64,000 bases of DNA from an uncultured Actinomycetes bacterium. GTDB taxonomy: Bacteria; Actinomycetota; UBA4738; HRBIN12. Positions 26,059-35,451 of this stretch are shown in pieces. The DNA is taken from contig CAZMNP010000074.1 in assembly GCA_964567675.1 (NCBI GenBank), positions 2,923 through 66,922 on the forward strand, in the 5' to 3' direction. Under the pieces are notes generated by a model, which saw only the letters and a list, made by a program, of their open reading frames with translations, had not been told where the DNA came from and did no database searches. Positions within the stretch are counted from its first letter, which is position 1; every line of letters begins with the position of its first letter. The position numbers and the translations under genes are program-made.

Positions 26059-27804
26059 CTACCGCACGACCTGAACGGTGAAGCCGGCCCGGCCGCGAAC
26101 GATCACGTCCTGGACCTGCGAGACGGTCTGCCCGAACCCCTTCACGATGAGGTCGTTCGCGTGATCCCCTCCGTTCAGCGCGGCGATCAGGTCGTCGAGC
26201 GAGCCGATGCCCCGGCCATAGTTGAAACGTCCTCGCCCTCCGCTGATCCGGATCTCCTCGGAGCCTCGAGCGCCGCGCGGCACCCGGAACGTCAGCTGGG
26301 AAACGACGTTCGTGTCGCGGCCGATCGGGTTCAAGGTGACCTCGATCGTCACCCGGTCGCCCGGCCCGGCCCGCAGGACCGACCGCTGCTTCAGGGACGG
26401 CTGGAGCGGGCTCGAGACGCGGATGCGCTCGATCTGCGACGTCAGGTCGTCGTTGGTGATCTCGCCGGTCATGTCCACCCCGGTGAACTCGATGTCCTCG
26501 AACCCGTTGAACGCCAGGGTGTAGAGCATGCTCGCGACCGGGTAGGCCTCGTTCGCGCCGCTGAACGGGCTGAACGACATCAGCCGGTTCGAGACGGTGA
26601 ACGGCGATCCGTCCTCACGCGTACCCGAGATCGTCCACTCGAGCTCGAGCGTTCCCGGCCCGTCCTGCTGTGCGACGAAGCTCAGGTTGGCCCACGCGTG
26701 ATAGTAGGTTGCGTCGGCGACGAAGGAATCCTCGTCCCACGCCACCTCGGTCTCACCCTCGCGCGACAGGCCGGTGTCGGGGCTCGACACGTCGCTCGTG
26801 ATCGGAATCAGGGTCGGAAGCGTTCCGAACACCCCGGCGACGCCGGAGAAACGGTCCTGGGTCATCGTTCCACGTGCGTCACCCAGGATGCCGATCTTCG
26901 TCCCCCAGAAGTTGCCGTTGTCGATCGCGATCACCACGACCTCGTTCATGCCGAGCGACACGGGACCGATCCCCCAGAACATCGGGTGACCGAAGCCGAT
27001 CACCGTGTCTCCGCACACCGCCGTCGCCGTCCCGAATCCGTAGACGGACGCGTCGCCGTAGGCCAGCGCGACGCCGAGGCCCTCACCGGGCGCGAGCGGG
27101 GTCGGATCGAGCGTGACGGAGCTCGGCGCTCGGACGGAGCCGGAACGGAACGCCTGGACGCGGATCCCGCGATCGGCGAACGAGCGCTCGACCTTGGAAA
27201 GCGGCATCCCGGCGAGGCCGGAGACGCCGATCGGGATCGGCAACGACTCCAGCGTGGCACCCGGCGCGAGGTTGCTGCCCGCAGCCGCGGCCGCGCGACG
27301 GACCTGCGGCGACAGCGCGACGCTCGAGGGCATCGATCCCGAGGATCCACCCGGCAGGGAGAACATCTGCACCATGTCCTCAGCGGCGGTCAACCCGAAG
27401 ATCTCCCGGTCCTCGGCGATCGCCCAGGCGACCGCCCCGGCGAGCTGTCCGTTGATGTAGACCGGCGACCCCGACATCCCGGCGACCGCCCCACCGGTCG
27501 TCGCGACGAAGTCCGCCGGCCCGGTGATCTTCGCGGCGACGATGTCGACGCCGAGGAAGATCGCGTTCGGCATGACGCCGAGGATCTCGACGTTGAAGGG
27601 CTCGAGGGTCGTGCCCTCGAGAACGGTGTAGCCCACCCCGGTCATCCCACGGGTCATCTGGCTCGTGGGGAAGGTCTGAGGAGGACTGGTGCACGGGACC
27701 GCGGCGGGCGCGGGGCCCGCGGCGAGGAGCGTCGCGACGAGCGCGATTGCCACCACGCCGGTCACGGGCATGGATCGACTGAGTCGGACACGGCGAACGG
27801 ACAT
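26059..27804 (-). CDS. secreted peptidase S55 (SpoIVB-type serine peptidase) domain protein
   Basis: The active-site region GGAVAGMSGSPVYINGQLAGAV matches the SpoIVB GMSGSPI catalytic serine motif. An N-terminal signal peptide is present (MSVRRVRLSRSMPVTGVVAIALVATLLAAGPAPA), so I chose the ATG at 27804. Confidence 0.7.
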   Translation of the reverse strand: MSVRRVRLSRSMPVTGVVAIALVATLLAAGPAPAAVPCTSPPQTFPTSQMTRGMTGVGYTVLEGTTLEPFNVEILGVMPNAIFLGVDIVAAKITGPADFVATTGGAVAGMSGSPVYINGQLAGAVAWAIAEDREIFGLTAAEDMVQMFSLPGGSSGSMPSSVALSPQVRRAAAAAGSNLAPGATLESLPIPIGVSGLAGMPLSKVERSFADRGIRVQAFRSGSVRAPSSVTLDPTPLAPGEGLGVALAYGDASVYGFGTATAVCGDTVIGFGHPMFWGIGPVSLGMNEVVVIAIDNGNFWGTKIGILGDARGTMTQDRFSGVAGVFGTLPTLIPITSDVSSPDTGLSREGETEVAWDEDSFVADATYYHAWANLSFVAQQDGPGTLELEWTISGTREDGSPFTVSNRLMSFSPFSGANEAYPVASMLYTLAFNGFEDIEFTGVDMTGEITNDDLTSQIERIRVSSPLQPSLKQRSVLRAGPGDRVTIEVTLNPIGRDTNVVSQLTFRVPRGARGSEEIRISGGRGRFNYGRGIGSLDDLIAALNGGDHANDLIVKGFGQTVSQVQDVIVRGRAGFTVQVVR

Positions 27805-27900
27805 GACGTCACCCCTCTCAGCTGAGCCGGATGCTATGCCTCTGACGCAACACATGCCGGGTCCGTTCCTCGCTCGTCGTCCATTCGAAGGGACCTGCGA

Positions 27901-28707
27901 TCAAACGGCGAGGGGGAGCCGGTCCGTGCAGAACGCGCGGTTCTCGGCCAGGACCCTGCGGAGGGCTTCGGGGTCGCCGAGGTGACGCCGGAGGTCGATC
28001 TCGAGCGAGACCGAGCCCGCGAACCCGCTCCCGGCAAGCGCGTCGAGGAACGATCCCAGCGGCAGGACGCCCTCGGTCACCGGAAGGTGGGAGTCCCATC
28101 CCTTGCCGGCGTTGTTCGACAGGTGCACGTGGGCCAGGCGCGTCCGGAGCCGGTCGAGGATCTCCAGAAGGTCGAGGCCGGCGACCGCTGCGTGACTGGT
28201 GTCGAGGACCACGTGGTCGAACCCCTCGAGGTCCTCGAGCGTGCGGACGGCGTGGAACGCTCCCACCTTCCGGCCTCGAACGCGGACGGGGAACATGTTC
28301 TCCACCGCAACGTGGATGTCGGTGCGTTCCTCGAGCATCGGCAGCCGCTCCTCGGTCCAGCGGCGATACGCCGTCTGCCACCGGTACGGTGGGTGGACCA
28401 CGACGAGGGGAGCGCCGACGCTCTCGGCGAGCTCGAGCGCGTGATCGATCTTCCCGATCGGGTCGGTGCCCCAAACGGTCCGCGTCATCAACAGGAACGG
28501 CGCATGGATCGCGACGATCGCGAGCGAGTGCTCCTCGGCGAGCTCGAGCAACCGGCGAGCGTCGCGGGTGTCGGGATCCTTGGTGACCATCACCTCGACG
28601 CTGCCGAAGCCGGCCTCCGCCAGGAGCGGGAACACTTCGTGGAGCGGTGTCGGGATGAGGCTCACCGTCGAGCAGGCGATCCGAGGTCCGTGGGCGGGTT
28701 CGGTCAC
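27901..28707 (-). CDS. sugar-phosphate isomerase/epimerase (xylose-isomerase-like TIM barrel)
   Basis: The AP-endonuclease-2/TIM-barrel pattern is present (..HAPF.. ..VENMFP.. HVHLSNN). It starts with GTG. Confidence 0.7.
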   Translation of the reverse strand: MTEPAHGPRIACSTVSLIPTPLHEVFPLLAEAGFGSVEVMVTKDPDTRDARRLLELAEEHSLAIVAIHAPFLLMTRTVWGTDPIGKIDHALELAESVGAPLVVVHPPYRWQTAYRRWTEERLPMLEERTDIHVAVENMFPVRVRGRKVGAFHAVRTLEDLEGFDHVVLDTSHAAVAGLDLLEILDRLRTRLAHVHLSNNAGKGWDSHLPVTEGVLPLGSFLDALAGSGFAGSVSLEIDLRRHLGDPEALRRVLAENRAFCTDRLPLAV

Positions 28708-28715
28708 GGCGCTCG

Positions 28716-29477
28716 ATGGTAGCAGCGGGGTATCGGGCGCTCGTTATGCTGCCGGCCGTGTGGATCTTCCCCTCGCTCGCCGCGCTCGTTGCGCTCGTGT
28801 TCGCCGCCATGCTGCTTCGGCGTTTCGTCAGGCAGCGGCGTTCCTATCTGGCCCTGTGGGCGGTCGCGCTGCTCATGTACGCGGTCGCATCGGCGGTCGT
28901 CGCAGCCGGAGCGTTGGATGGATGGACCTCGGCGGAGTTCCGCGCGTACTGGGTTCTCGGCGCGGTGTTGAACGTGCCGTTCCTGGCTCAAGGGGAGCTC
29001 GATCTCCTGGTCAGGAACCGTTGGGTGCGCTCCGCGCTCTACGTGGCTCTTGCGTTCGTGACCGCCTACACGATCGCACGCGTCCGCACGGCGGCGATCG
29101 ACGTGGATGCCCTCGGCGCGCAGCTTCCGTCGGGCAAGGAGGTCTTCGGCGACGGAACTCCCGCGCATCGCCTCCCACAGCTCGTCTCGATCCCGGCGTA
29201 CCTGGTGCTGATCGGCGGGACGCTGTGGTCGGCGTGGGGGATGCGCGGCCGGCCGGAGCTTCGCGACCGCTTCTGGGGAACCCTTCTGATCGCGCTCGGT
29301 GCGACGGTGATCGCCGCCCTCGGTTCGGCGTTCGCGGCGCTGGGTGAGCTTCTTCCGTTCTCGCTCTCGCTCCTCGCCGGCGTCACGGTGATGTTCGTGG
29401 GCTTCCTCAGGGCTTCGCGCAGGACGACGTCCCAGCGCGTTTCCGCACCGACGCCTGATCGTCGTTCGTTCGAGTGA
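28716..29477 (+). CDS. integral membrane protein, uncharacterised
   Basis: A 253-aa protein with about 6 hydrophobic helices. Confidence 0.5.
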   Translation: MVAAGYRALVMLPAVWIFPSLAALVALVFAAMLLRRFVRQRRSYLALWAVALLMYAVASAVVAAGALDGWTSAEFRAYWVLGAVLNVPFLAQGELDLLVRNRWVRSALYVALAFVTAYTIARVRTAAIDVDALGAQLPSGKEVFGDGTPAHRLPQLVSIPAYLVLIGGTLWSAWGMRGRPELRDRFWGTLLIALGATVIAALGSAFAALGELLPFSLSLLAGVTVMFVGFLRASRRTTSQRVSAPTPDRRSFE

Positions 29478-29510
29478 TCCGACCTGACCCGCTCCGCGAA
29501 GCATGCGTGA

Positions 29511-29733
29511 CCGCGCCGCCACCGCGTCGCGTACGGGCTCGTCCTGATCGCCGCCTTCAGCCTCGGGCTCGCGTCCGCGCTGGTTCCCGTCGGGATCCTG
29601 GCGCTGCAGACCCGCGACGCCCTCGCGCACCGGCTGTCGACCCGGCTCGGCCGGCTCGTGCCGGTCGCGTCGGCGGCCGTGATCGCGATGCTCGGCTTGC
29701 TGCTCACCCTGAACGGAGCTTCGAGGCTCTAGG
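29511..29733 (+). pseudogene. C-terminal fragment of a membrane-protein gene (no start codon)
   Basis: The frame opens directly after a TGA at 29508-29510 and runs 74 codons to a TAG at 29731-29733. The first candidate start is the internal ATG at 29689, so the first 59 codons have no start. It encodes two TM-like helices (..[27 protein letters not shown].. ..VPVASAAVIAMLGLLLTLNG..). Confidence 0.3.
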
Positions 29734-29763
29734 GCGACGCGCGCGCGGCTCGAGACCGGCGTG

Positions 29764-30543
29764 CTACGCCAGCGACGCGCGCCACGACCGGCCGCTCACG
29801 CCCGGCGACGCGGGCGGTGACGAGGCCAGCTCTTCGGTGATCCAGACCTCGTCGAAGCGAGCGACGTCGACCGTGAGCTTGATCAGCACGGAGCCGCCCT
29901 TCGGCACGAACATCTCGCCGATCGGCTCGAACACGCCCTGGTCGCCGAGCCAGACCTGATACGCGTGTCCGGGCTTGGGCTCGGGACACAGGTCGGCGAC
30001 GAGGTAGAACCGCCGGATGTCGGGCGCGGCGACGCCGACGAAGGAGGCCGATGCGCTCCCCTCAGCGTCGACGTTCACCGGGCTCACACCGGGTGAGCTC
30101 ATCACGGACAGGAGCTCGAGCGCGAGACTGCGGTCGTCCTGAGCCTCCGAGGCGCGGTCCGCCATCACGAACGAGAGACCGCCCATGGCCACGAGGGCGA
30201 CGACGCCCACCGCGAGGGCGGCGACGAACGACCCGCGTCTGAGCGGGACACCAGGGATCTGTCCGATCCCGCGATGGATCCTTCCAAGCACGAGGTCCGG
30301 AGGCGATACGGGATCCGCGGCGAGCGCGAGCTCACCGGTCACCCTCTGGAAGTCCGAGACGGTTCGCAGGCAGGTGGGGCACGTGGGGACGTGGTCGACG
30401 AGGAGGAGATCCGCCTCGGCGGCGTCCTGCTCGGAGAGCGTGTGCAGCGCGTGGCCGGCGAGCAGTTCCTCGATCCGTTCGTGGTCGGGGCCGGTTCCGG
30501 AGCCCGTTCCCCGGCCGGTTCCCGGGTCAGCGCCTTGGCTCAC
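29764..30543 (-). CDS. zinc-binding anti-sigma factor (RskA/ZAS-like) with TM helix and extracytoplasmic domain
   Basis: The HxxxCxxC motif is present (HVPTCPTC), with a TM helix (FVAALAVGVVALVAMGGLSFV). It lies immediately downstream of an ECF sigma gene. Confidence 0.75.
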   Translation of the reverse strand: MSQGADPGTGRGTGSGTGPDHERIEELLAGHALHTLSEQDAAEADLLLVDHVPTCPTCLRTVSDFQRVTGELALAADPVSPPDLVLGRIHRGIGQIPGVPLRRGSFVAALAVGVVALVAMGGLSFVMADRASEAQDDRSLALELLSVMSSPGVSPVNVDAEGSASASFVGVAAPDIRRFYLVADLCPEPKPGHAYQVWLGDQGVFEPIGEMFVPKGGSVLIKLTVDVARFDEVWITEELASSPPASPGVSGRSWRASLA

Positions 30544-31110
30544 TCAGTCCTCCCGGTCGAGAACGCGCCGCATCTTGCGCATCGCGGCGAGCGTTCGGGT
30601 CTTCACCGTTCCCACCGGGATGCCGAGTGTTTCGGCGATCCGGGTCTGCGTGTAGCCGCCGAAGTATGCCAGCTCGATCACCTGCCGCTGCTCCGGGGGG
30701 AGGATCGTGAGGGCCTCACGGACCTCCCTGCGACGGACGCTCAGGTACGCGCCGTCGACGACCTCGTCCGCAACATCTTCGCCACGAATGGGCTCCAGGT
30801 TCGAGGCCCGCTCGGTTCTCCTGCGGAGGCGTTCCTCGCGCCGGACCACGTCCACCGCGCGGTGATGGACCAACGACAAGAAGAAGGAGCGGAACGCGCC
30901 CCGGGCAGGGTCGAAGGCCTCCGGCGCCTTCCACAGCGCGAGGAAGGCGTCCTGGACGACCTCCTGGGCGAGGGCTTCCTGGGCGGTGATCCGAAGCGCG
31001 AGGCCGTAGGCCGACGAGCCGTACCGGCGGTAGATCTCGTCGAAGGCTTCGCGGTCGCCGTGCCTGACCCGGCGGTGGAGGTCGAGATCGTGGATCTCTC
31101 CCTCGCTCAT
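30544..31110 (-). CDS. ECF (sigma-70 family) RNA polymerase sigma factor
   Basis: The sigma-2 region (VQDAFLALWK) and the sigma-4 HTH (YFGGYTQTRIAETLGIPVGTVKTR) are present. Confidence 0.85.
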   Translation of the reverse strand: MSEGEIHDLDLHRRVRHGDREAFDEIYRRYGSSAYGLALRITAQEALAQEVVQDAFLALWKAPEAFDPARGAFRSFFLSLVHHRAVDVVRREERLRRRTERASNLEPIRGEDVADEVVDGAYLSVRRREVREALTILPPEQRQVIELAYFGGYTQTRIAETLGIPVGTVKTRTLAAMRKMRRVLDRED

Positions 31111-31174
31111 CCGGCTTTCCTACCACATAGGTGCGGCGGCTCCGTGGCCGACCGAGGCGCTAGCATGCCCGCCC

Positions 31175-31411
31175 GTGCGACGCGTCGTGCTGTACTCGCG
31201 GCCGGGGTGCGGCCTCTGCGACGAGGCTCGCCGGGTCATCCTGGCCGAGCGGGGGCGCACGCCCTTCGAGTTCGAGGACGTCGACGTCACCGGGAGCGAC
31301 GCCCTGGAGCTGGAGTACGGGATCCGGATCCCCGTCGTCCTCGTGGACGAAGAGGAGCGGTTCGAGATTGCGCTCGACCAGGAGTCGTTCGCCCGCGCCG
31401 TTCGCCTCTGA
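31175..31411 (+). CDS. glutaredoxin-like (thioredoxin-fold) small protein
   Basis: A 78-aa protein with a CGLC active-site motif near the N-terminus (VLYSRPGCGLCDEA). Confidence 0.65.
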   Translation: MRRVVLYSRPGCGLCDEARRVILAERGRTPFEFEDVDVTGSDALELEYGIRIPVVLVDEEERFEIALDQESFARAVRL

Positions 31412-31435
31412 ACGCTCGCAGAGGCGGATTCACGA

Positions 31436-32125
31436 ATGCACTATCATCCGGCCGTGAGCCAGCGGCCGATCCCCGAGGCCACCGTCGGGCGACTCCCCAT
31501 CTACCTTCGGGCGCTCGTCGAGATCGCCGAGAACGGCTCGACCACCGTGTCGTCCGAGGCGCTCGCGGCGGCCTCGGGCGTGAACTCGGCGAAGGTCCGC
31601 AAGGACCTCTCGCACCTCGGCTCGTACGGGACTCGGGGGGTCGGCTACGACGTCGCGTACCTGATCCATCAGATCCGGCGCGAGCTCGGCCTGACGCAGC
31701 ACTGGCCCATCGTGATCGCCGGGATCGGGAACCTCGGGCACGCACTCGCCAACTACCGGGGCTTCGCCGAGCGAGGCTTCCGAACGGCGGCGCTCGTCGA
31801 CAACGACCCGGGCAAGATCGGGGAGGACGTCGCAGGCCTCGCGATCCGTCCGCTGGAGGACCTGCGCGCGATCGCGCGGGAGCACGAGACGCTGATCGGC
31901 GTCATCTCGACGCCGGCCGTCGCCGCCCAGCAGGTCGCCGACGCCATGGTGGAAGCCGGGATCCGATCGATCTTGAACTTCGCGCCGGCGGCGCTCGCGG
32001 TCCCCGAGGGCGTCTCGGTGCGGAAGGTGGACCTGGCCGTCGAGCTCCAGATCCTCACGTACTACGAGCAGCGCAATGCCGCGCTCGTGGACGTGAAGCG
32101 GCGGGGCCGAGCCCAGACCGCCTGA
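31436..32125 (+). CDS. rex: redox-sensing transcriptional repressor Rex
   Basis: The protein has an N-terminal wHTH (RLPIYLRAL..) and a Rossmann NADH domain (IVIAGIGNLGHALANY). Confidence 0.85.
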   Translation: MHYHPAVSQRPIPEATVGRLPIYLRALVEIAENGSTTVSSEALAAASGVNSAKVRKDLSHLGSYGTRGVGYDVAYLIHQIRRELGLTQHWPIVIAGIGNLGHALANYRGFAERGFRTAALVDNDPGKIGEDVAGLAIRPLEDLRAIAREHETLIGVISTPAVAAQQVADAMVEAGIRSILNFAPAALAVPEGVSVRKVDLAVELQILTYYEQRNAALVDVKRRGRAQTA

Positions 32126-32138
32126 ACCCTCGCCGGAC

Positions 32139-32252
32139 CTACTTGGCGATCGTGATCCACATGACGACGAAGATCACCAGGACCATGACGCCGAACAGGA
32201 TGAACTGCACCGAACCCTGTTCCATCAGCGGTGCCGCTTCCTGAGCGAGCAT
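32139..32252 (-). CDS. 37-aa single-TM small membrane protein
   Basis: The protein reads MLAQEAAPLMEQGSVQFILFGVMVLVIFVVMWITIAK. A GAGGAG RBS lies 6 nt upstream of the ATG. It sits 24 nt downstream of the last gene of the bc-complex operon. An alternative 28-aa start is at 32225. Confidence 0.35.
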   Translation of the reverse strand: MLAQEAAPLMEQGSVQFILFGVMVLVIFVVMWITIAK

Positions 32253-32275
32253 CTCGATCTCCTCGTGGTCGCGTT

Positions 32276-32947
32276 CTAGGCCGGTCCGTACCACGGCGGG
32301 GCCGTCCCGCCGGTCAGGATGTCCTTGCGCTTGCGCTCGGCGATGTCGAGCAGAGGCAGATGGACCGCCAGCCCGAACACCGAGCCGATCAGGAACATCC
32401 AGGAGTAGCGGTTCACGCTGCCGGAGTCGTGCCGCATGTACAGCTTGAGGAGCGGCCCACCGCCCGTGAAATACCCCTCCGCGGCGGCGAGCGACACGTC
32501 CTCGTCGGTCGCGAACTGGACGTTCTCGACGACGAAGTCCGTCGTTTGGAGGGCCAGGGGATCGTGTTCGGCGAGCCCAAGGTCCTCGTTCGCTCGCTCG
32601 GCGAGGAGCGCCTGCGCCGAGGACGTCACCGCCTGGATCGACGAGGTGTCGTTGTCGTTCTCGCCGGGCTCACGCCAGCCCTCCCCGTCGGGGTAGCGGT
32701 CGAACACCTCGTAGACGGGCTCCGGATCGGTGCCCGCCGCCTCGATGACCCAGGCCGGCTCGGCCCCGCGGGGGCCGAGGTTCACGGGCGTCTGGATCCC
32801 CTGGGAGTAGAACCCGAACGTCCAGATCGCCGAGAGCAGGATCATCCAGCCGAAGAAGGAGACGGCGAGGACGAGGTACCCCATCCGACGGCCGAAAACG
32901 AACGAGAGCATTAGCAGCACGCTGCCGACGAACAGGACGAACGCCAT
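32276..32947 (-). CDS. membrane protein, possible accessory subunit of the cytochrome bc complex
   Basis: I chose the ATG at 32947 (MAFVLFVGSVLLMLSFVFGRRMGYLVLAVSFFGWMILLSAIW..). It has two N-terminal TM helices, an acidic soluble domain and a C-terminal TM helix. It is the last long gene in the operon, after cytochrome c. Confidence 0.5.
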   Translation of the reverse strand: MAFVLFVGSVLLMLSFVFGRRMGYLVLAVSFFGWMILLSAIWTFGFYSQGIQTPVNLGPRGAEPAWVIEAAGTDPEPVYEVFDRYPDGEGWREPGENDNDTSSIQAVTSSAQALLAERANEDLGLAEHDPLALQTTDFVVENVQFATDEDVSLAAAEGYFTGGGPLLKLYMRHDSGSVNRYSWMFLIGSVFGLAVHLPLLDIAERKRKDILTGGTAPPWYGPA

Positions 32948-33015
32948 GATCGTGGTGAGCCCGCCCTTGAGCAGGGTCTCGCAGGGGATCTCGAATCCGA
33001 CGCATGACTGGGCGA

Positions 33016-33756
33016 TCACAGTTCCACGTTGTCCGTCGGGTTGGGCTTGTCCGTGATGACGCCGTTCAGGTAGTCCTCGACGGCCTTCGTCTGCGCTTCC
33101 GGGTTCAGGCAGACGTTCTCGCCGAAGGGGACCTCGTCCTCGTTCTGGATGCTGACGAGGTAGGTCACGATGTCGTTGATCTGCTGGTCGTTGAGGGCGC
33201 CCTCGAACCGGATGCTCCAGGACGGCATGATCCCCCGGCCCTGTTCGATGGTGGTGTAGATGTCCTTCAGGCTGTAGATCAGCGGGTGCCCGTGGAACGG
33301 GCCGCCGCAGACGGTCGTCAGGTTCGGCGTGATGATCGGCGTCAGGGTGGTGGGATTCAGGATGCGGCCGCCCTCGAGCGTCGGGCCGTGGCACTGCACG
33401 CATCCGACACCGCCCTGGTTCTCCTCGGTGAACAGCTCGACCGCCAGGCTGCCGCGGTGGATCGCGTCCGTCTTGAGGTCGCGTTCCTGCGCGAGGTTCG
33501 TGCCGGGCTCGAGGAGCCACGTCGCGGGGACCCACACGACCAAGAAGACGACGAGCAGGACGCCCCAGCCCTGCAGCTTCTGGAGCAGCGGCGTCTCGAG
33601 GTCCTCGTCCGAAGGTCCGGGGCGCATGCCCTGGGGGATGTCGGGTGCGGCCGCGCGGCGGCGGCCGCGGAGGAACAGGACGCTCCCGGCGATCGCGAGG
33701 AAGACCGCCCCTCCGATCGCGAGGATGATGCCCTGTGCCTGCGTGAGGGCGAGCAT
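33016..33756 (-). CDS. membrane-anchored monoheme cytochrome c
   Basis: There is a single CxxCH (GVGCVQCH), a Met ligand region (GIMPSW) and two N-terminal TM helices. Confidence 0.8.
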   Translation of the reverse strand: MLALTQAQGIILAIGGAVFLAIAGSVLFLRGRRRAAAPDIPQGMRPGPSDEDLETPLLQKLQGWGVLLVVFLVVWVPATWLLEPGTNLAQERDLKTDAIHRGSLAVELFTEENQGGVGCVQCHGPTLEGGRILNPTTLTPIITPNLTTVCGGPFHGHPLIYSLKDIYTTIEQGRGIMPSWSIRFEGALNDQQINDIVTYLVSIQNEDEVPFGENVCLNPEAQTKAVEDYLNGVITDKPNPTDNVEL

Positions 33757-33775
33757 CAGATCGCGAGCACTTCTC

Positions 33776-34510
33776 TCATCCCGTCGCCACGCAGAACGGC
33801 CCCGATTGTGGCCGGCGAAGGGTGTCCGCGCCCCGCGGCGGGCCGAGGATCACCTCGGCCGTGTCAACGAGGACGTCACCCGTTTCGGAGACGGAGACAC
33901 GGAACCGGTCCATGCCTCGCGGCGCGGGGCCGAGCTTGTACTCGCCCGCGGTGTTGTACTTCGATCCGTGACAGGGGCATTCGAACCACTGCGACTGCTG
34001 GCAGAAGGGGACCCGGCACCCCAGATGCACGCACCGCTGGTACAGGGGCATGATCCCTTGCGCGGAGAGGCCCTCGGCTTCGTAGTCGATGTCGTCCGAT
34101 GGCCGGCCGTTATACGCGATGATGTAGAACCGGCCGGTCCCCGAGTACACCGGTTGCTCCGTCTCGCTGATCGCGGCCTTGATCTCCTCCACCTTCCCCG
34201 CGTTGATCAGGGAACCGAAACCGCCCTTCAGGTTCGGCCAGAGGAAGGCGAGGGTCGCGCCTCCGAACTGCGCGCCGTAGACGAGGAGCGATCCCACGAG
34301 CGACCGGCGGAAGAACTCGCGCCGGCTGACCGGCTTCGCGGTCTTCGGCGGCGGTTGGCCGAATGCGTGGGCGGTCTCTCGAGCCTCCGCCTCTCGCTGC
34401 TCGCGCCGCGCTCGCCGGAACGAGAGACCGAAGACGATCGCGAACAGGTCCAGGACGACGATCACGACGATCGCCGCGATCGTGCCGCTCGACAGGGCCA
34501 GGACCGGCAT
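33776..34510 (-). CDS. Rieske [2Fe-2S] iron-sulfur subunit
   Basis: The Rieske boxes are present (CVHLGC and CPCHGS). I chose the ATG at 34510, which overlaps the upstream stop (ATGA). The listed ORF extends into junk. Confidence 0.85.
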   Translation of the reverse strand: MPVLALSSGTIAAIVVIVVLDLFAIVFGLSFRRARREQREAEARETAHAFGQPPPKTAKPVSRREFFRRSLVGSLLVYGAQFGGATLAFLWPNLKGGFGSLINAGKVEEIKAAISETEQPVYSGTGRFYIIAYNGRPSDDIDYEAEGLSAQGIMPLYQRCVHLGCRVPFCQQSQWFECPCHGSKYNTAGEYKLGPAPRGMDRFRVSVSETGDVLVDTAEVILGPPRGADTLRRPQSGPFCVATG

Positions 34511-35427
34511 CACAGCTCGAAGAACACCCCTTGTGCCCACGGCCAGACCCAGTTGTAGCCGGTGCCGCGGAAGAAGGACCCGATGATCGTCAGGGTCGCG
34601 CCGAACATCATCAGCATGGTGAACATGGTCATCGCGAGCTTTCGGTCGCCCGGCTTCGTGCTCGGGTTCCGGTCGACGAACGGGACGACGGCGAGCGCGA
34701 GCAGGACGATCGTCGGTGCGAAGAGCACCCCGGCCACCATCGGGTGGAAGTAGCGAAGGAGCTCCTGAAGGCCGAGGAAGTACCAAGGAGCCTTCGAGGG
34801 GTTCGGTGTCAGGTTCGGGTTCGCCAGCTCGCGGAGCGGCGCGTTCACGAACGTCGAGAAGATCACGAGGCCCACGGTCACGATGAGCATCGCGACGAAC
34901 TCCTCGATCAGCAGGTGCGGCCACACGTTCACGCGGTCGCCCTGTTCGCGTTCGACGCGCTGGATGCCCTCAGGCGGAACGAGCGCGAGGAGCCGGTGCT
35001 TTTCCTCGACCCCTTTCTTCGGCTCCGGCACGTTCCCCGTCGGCGCCGGAGCCTGCCGCGCCGGCGCCAACGTCGTCCCCGCCGGTGCGGCAACCGCCGC
35101 GGCTACCGGCGCCGGTGTGGCCGCAGGCGCCGGAGCGGCCGCAGGTGCAGGAGCGGAGGTCGCGGCCGGCGCCGGGGGCTGTGCGGCGCCCGAAGCCGCT
35201 CCGCCGTCTCCCGCCGTCGCCGCACCCTCCCCCGGCGTGGCCGCGGCCGGAGCGGGGGCGGCGGCCGGAGCAGCCGCCGGAGCTTCACCGTGCGCAGCCC
35301 GGTACGCCTGCACCGCCGCCCGCCGCGCGCGACCCTCCGCCACGCGGCGGTCGGTGCCCTTCGCGAGCTCCTCGGCCAGGACCCTGTCGAAGGTCTCCTG
35401 GTCGAGTTGCGCTTCCTCGCGAGCCAA
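34510..35427 (-). CDS. cytochrome b C-terminal half (subunit-IV/PetD-like) with ~150-aa Ala/Pro-rich N-terminal extension
   Basis: The C-terminal 150 aa resemble PetD ([23 protein letters not shown]). The N-terminal 150 aa are a low-complexity A/P tract. A TTG start is preceded by a GAGGAGGAA RBS. Confidence 0.7.
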   Translation of the reverse strand: MAREEAQLDQETFDRVLAEELAKGTDRRVAEGRARRAAVQAYRAAHGEAPAAAPAAAPAPAAATPGEGAATAGDGGAASGAAQPPAPAATSAPAPAAAPAPAATPAPVAAAVAAPAGTTLAPARQAPAPTGNVPEPKKGVEEKHRLLALVPPEGIQRVEREQGDRVNVWPHLLIEEFVAMLIVTVGLVIFSTFVNAPLRELANPNLTPNPSKAPWYFLGLQELLRYFHPMVAGVLFAPTIVLLALAVVPFVDRNPSTKPGDRKLAMTMFTMLMMFGATLTIIGSFFRGTGYNWVWPWAQGVFFEL

Positions 35428-35451
35428 CGTTCCTCCTCTTCGAGCGGTCCC

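Noticed and set aside
32276-33535. Long version (419 aa) of the membrane-protein ORF after the cytochrome c gene
   Set aside because: The upstream 196 codons overlap the cytochrome c gene and read as junk. I used the internal ATG at 32947.
33776-34924. Long version of the Rieske ORF (382 aa)
   Set aside because: The N-terminal 138 codons overlap the subunit-IV-like gene and read as junk. The ATG at 34510 with ATGA coupling is the sensible start.
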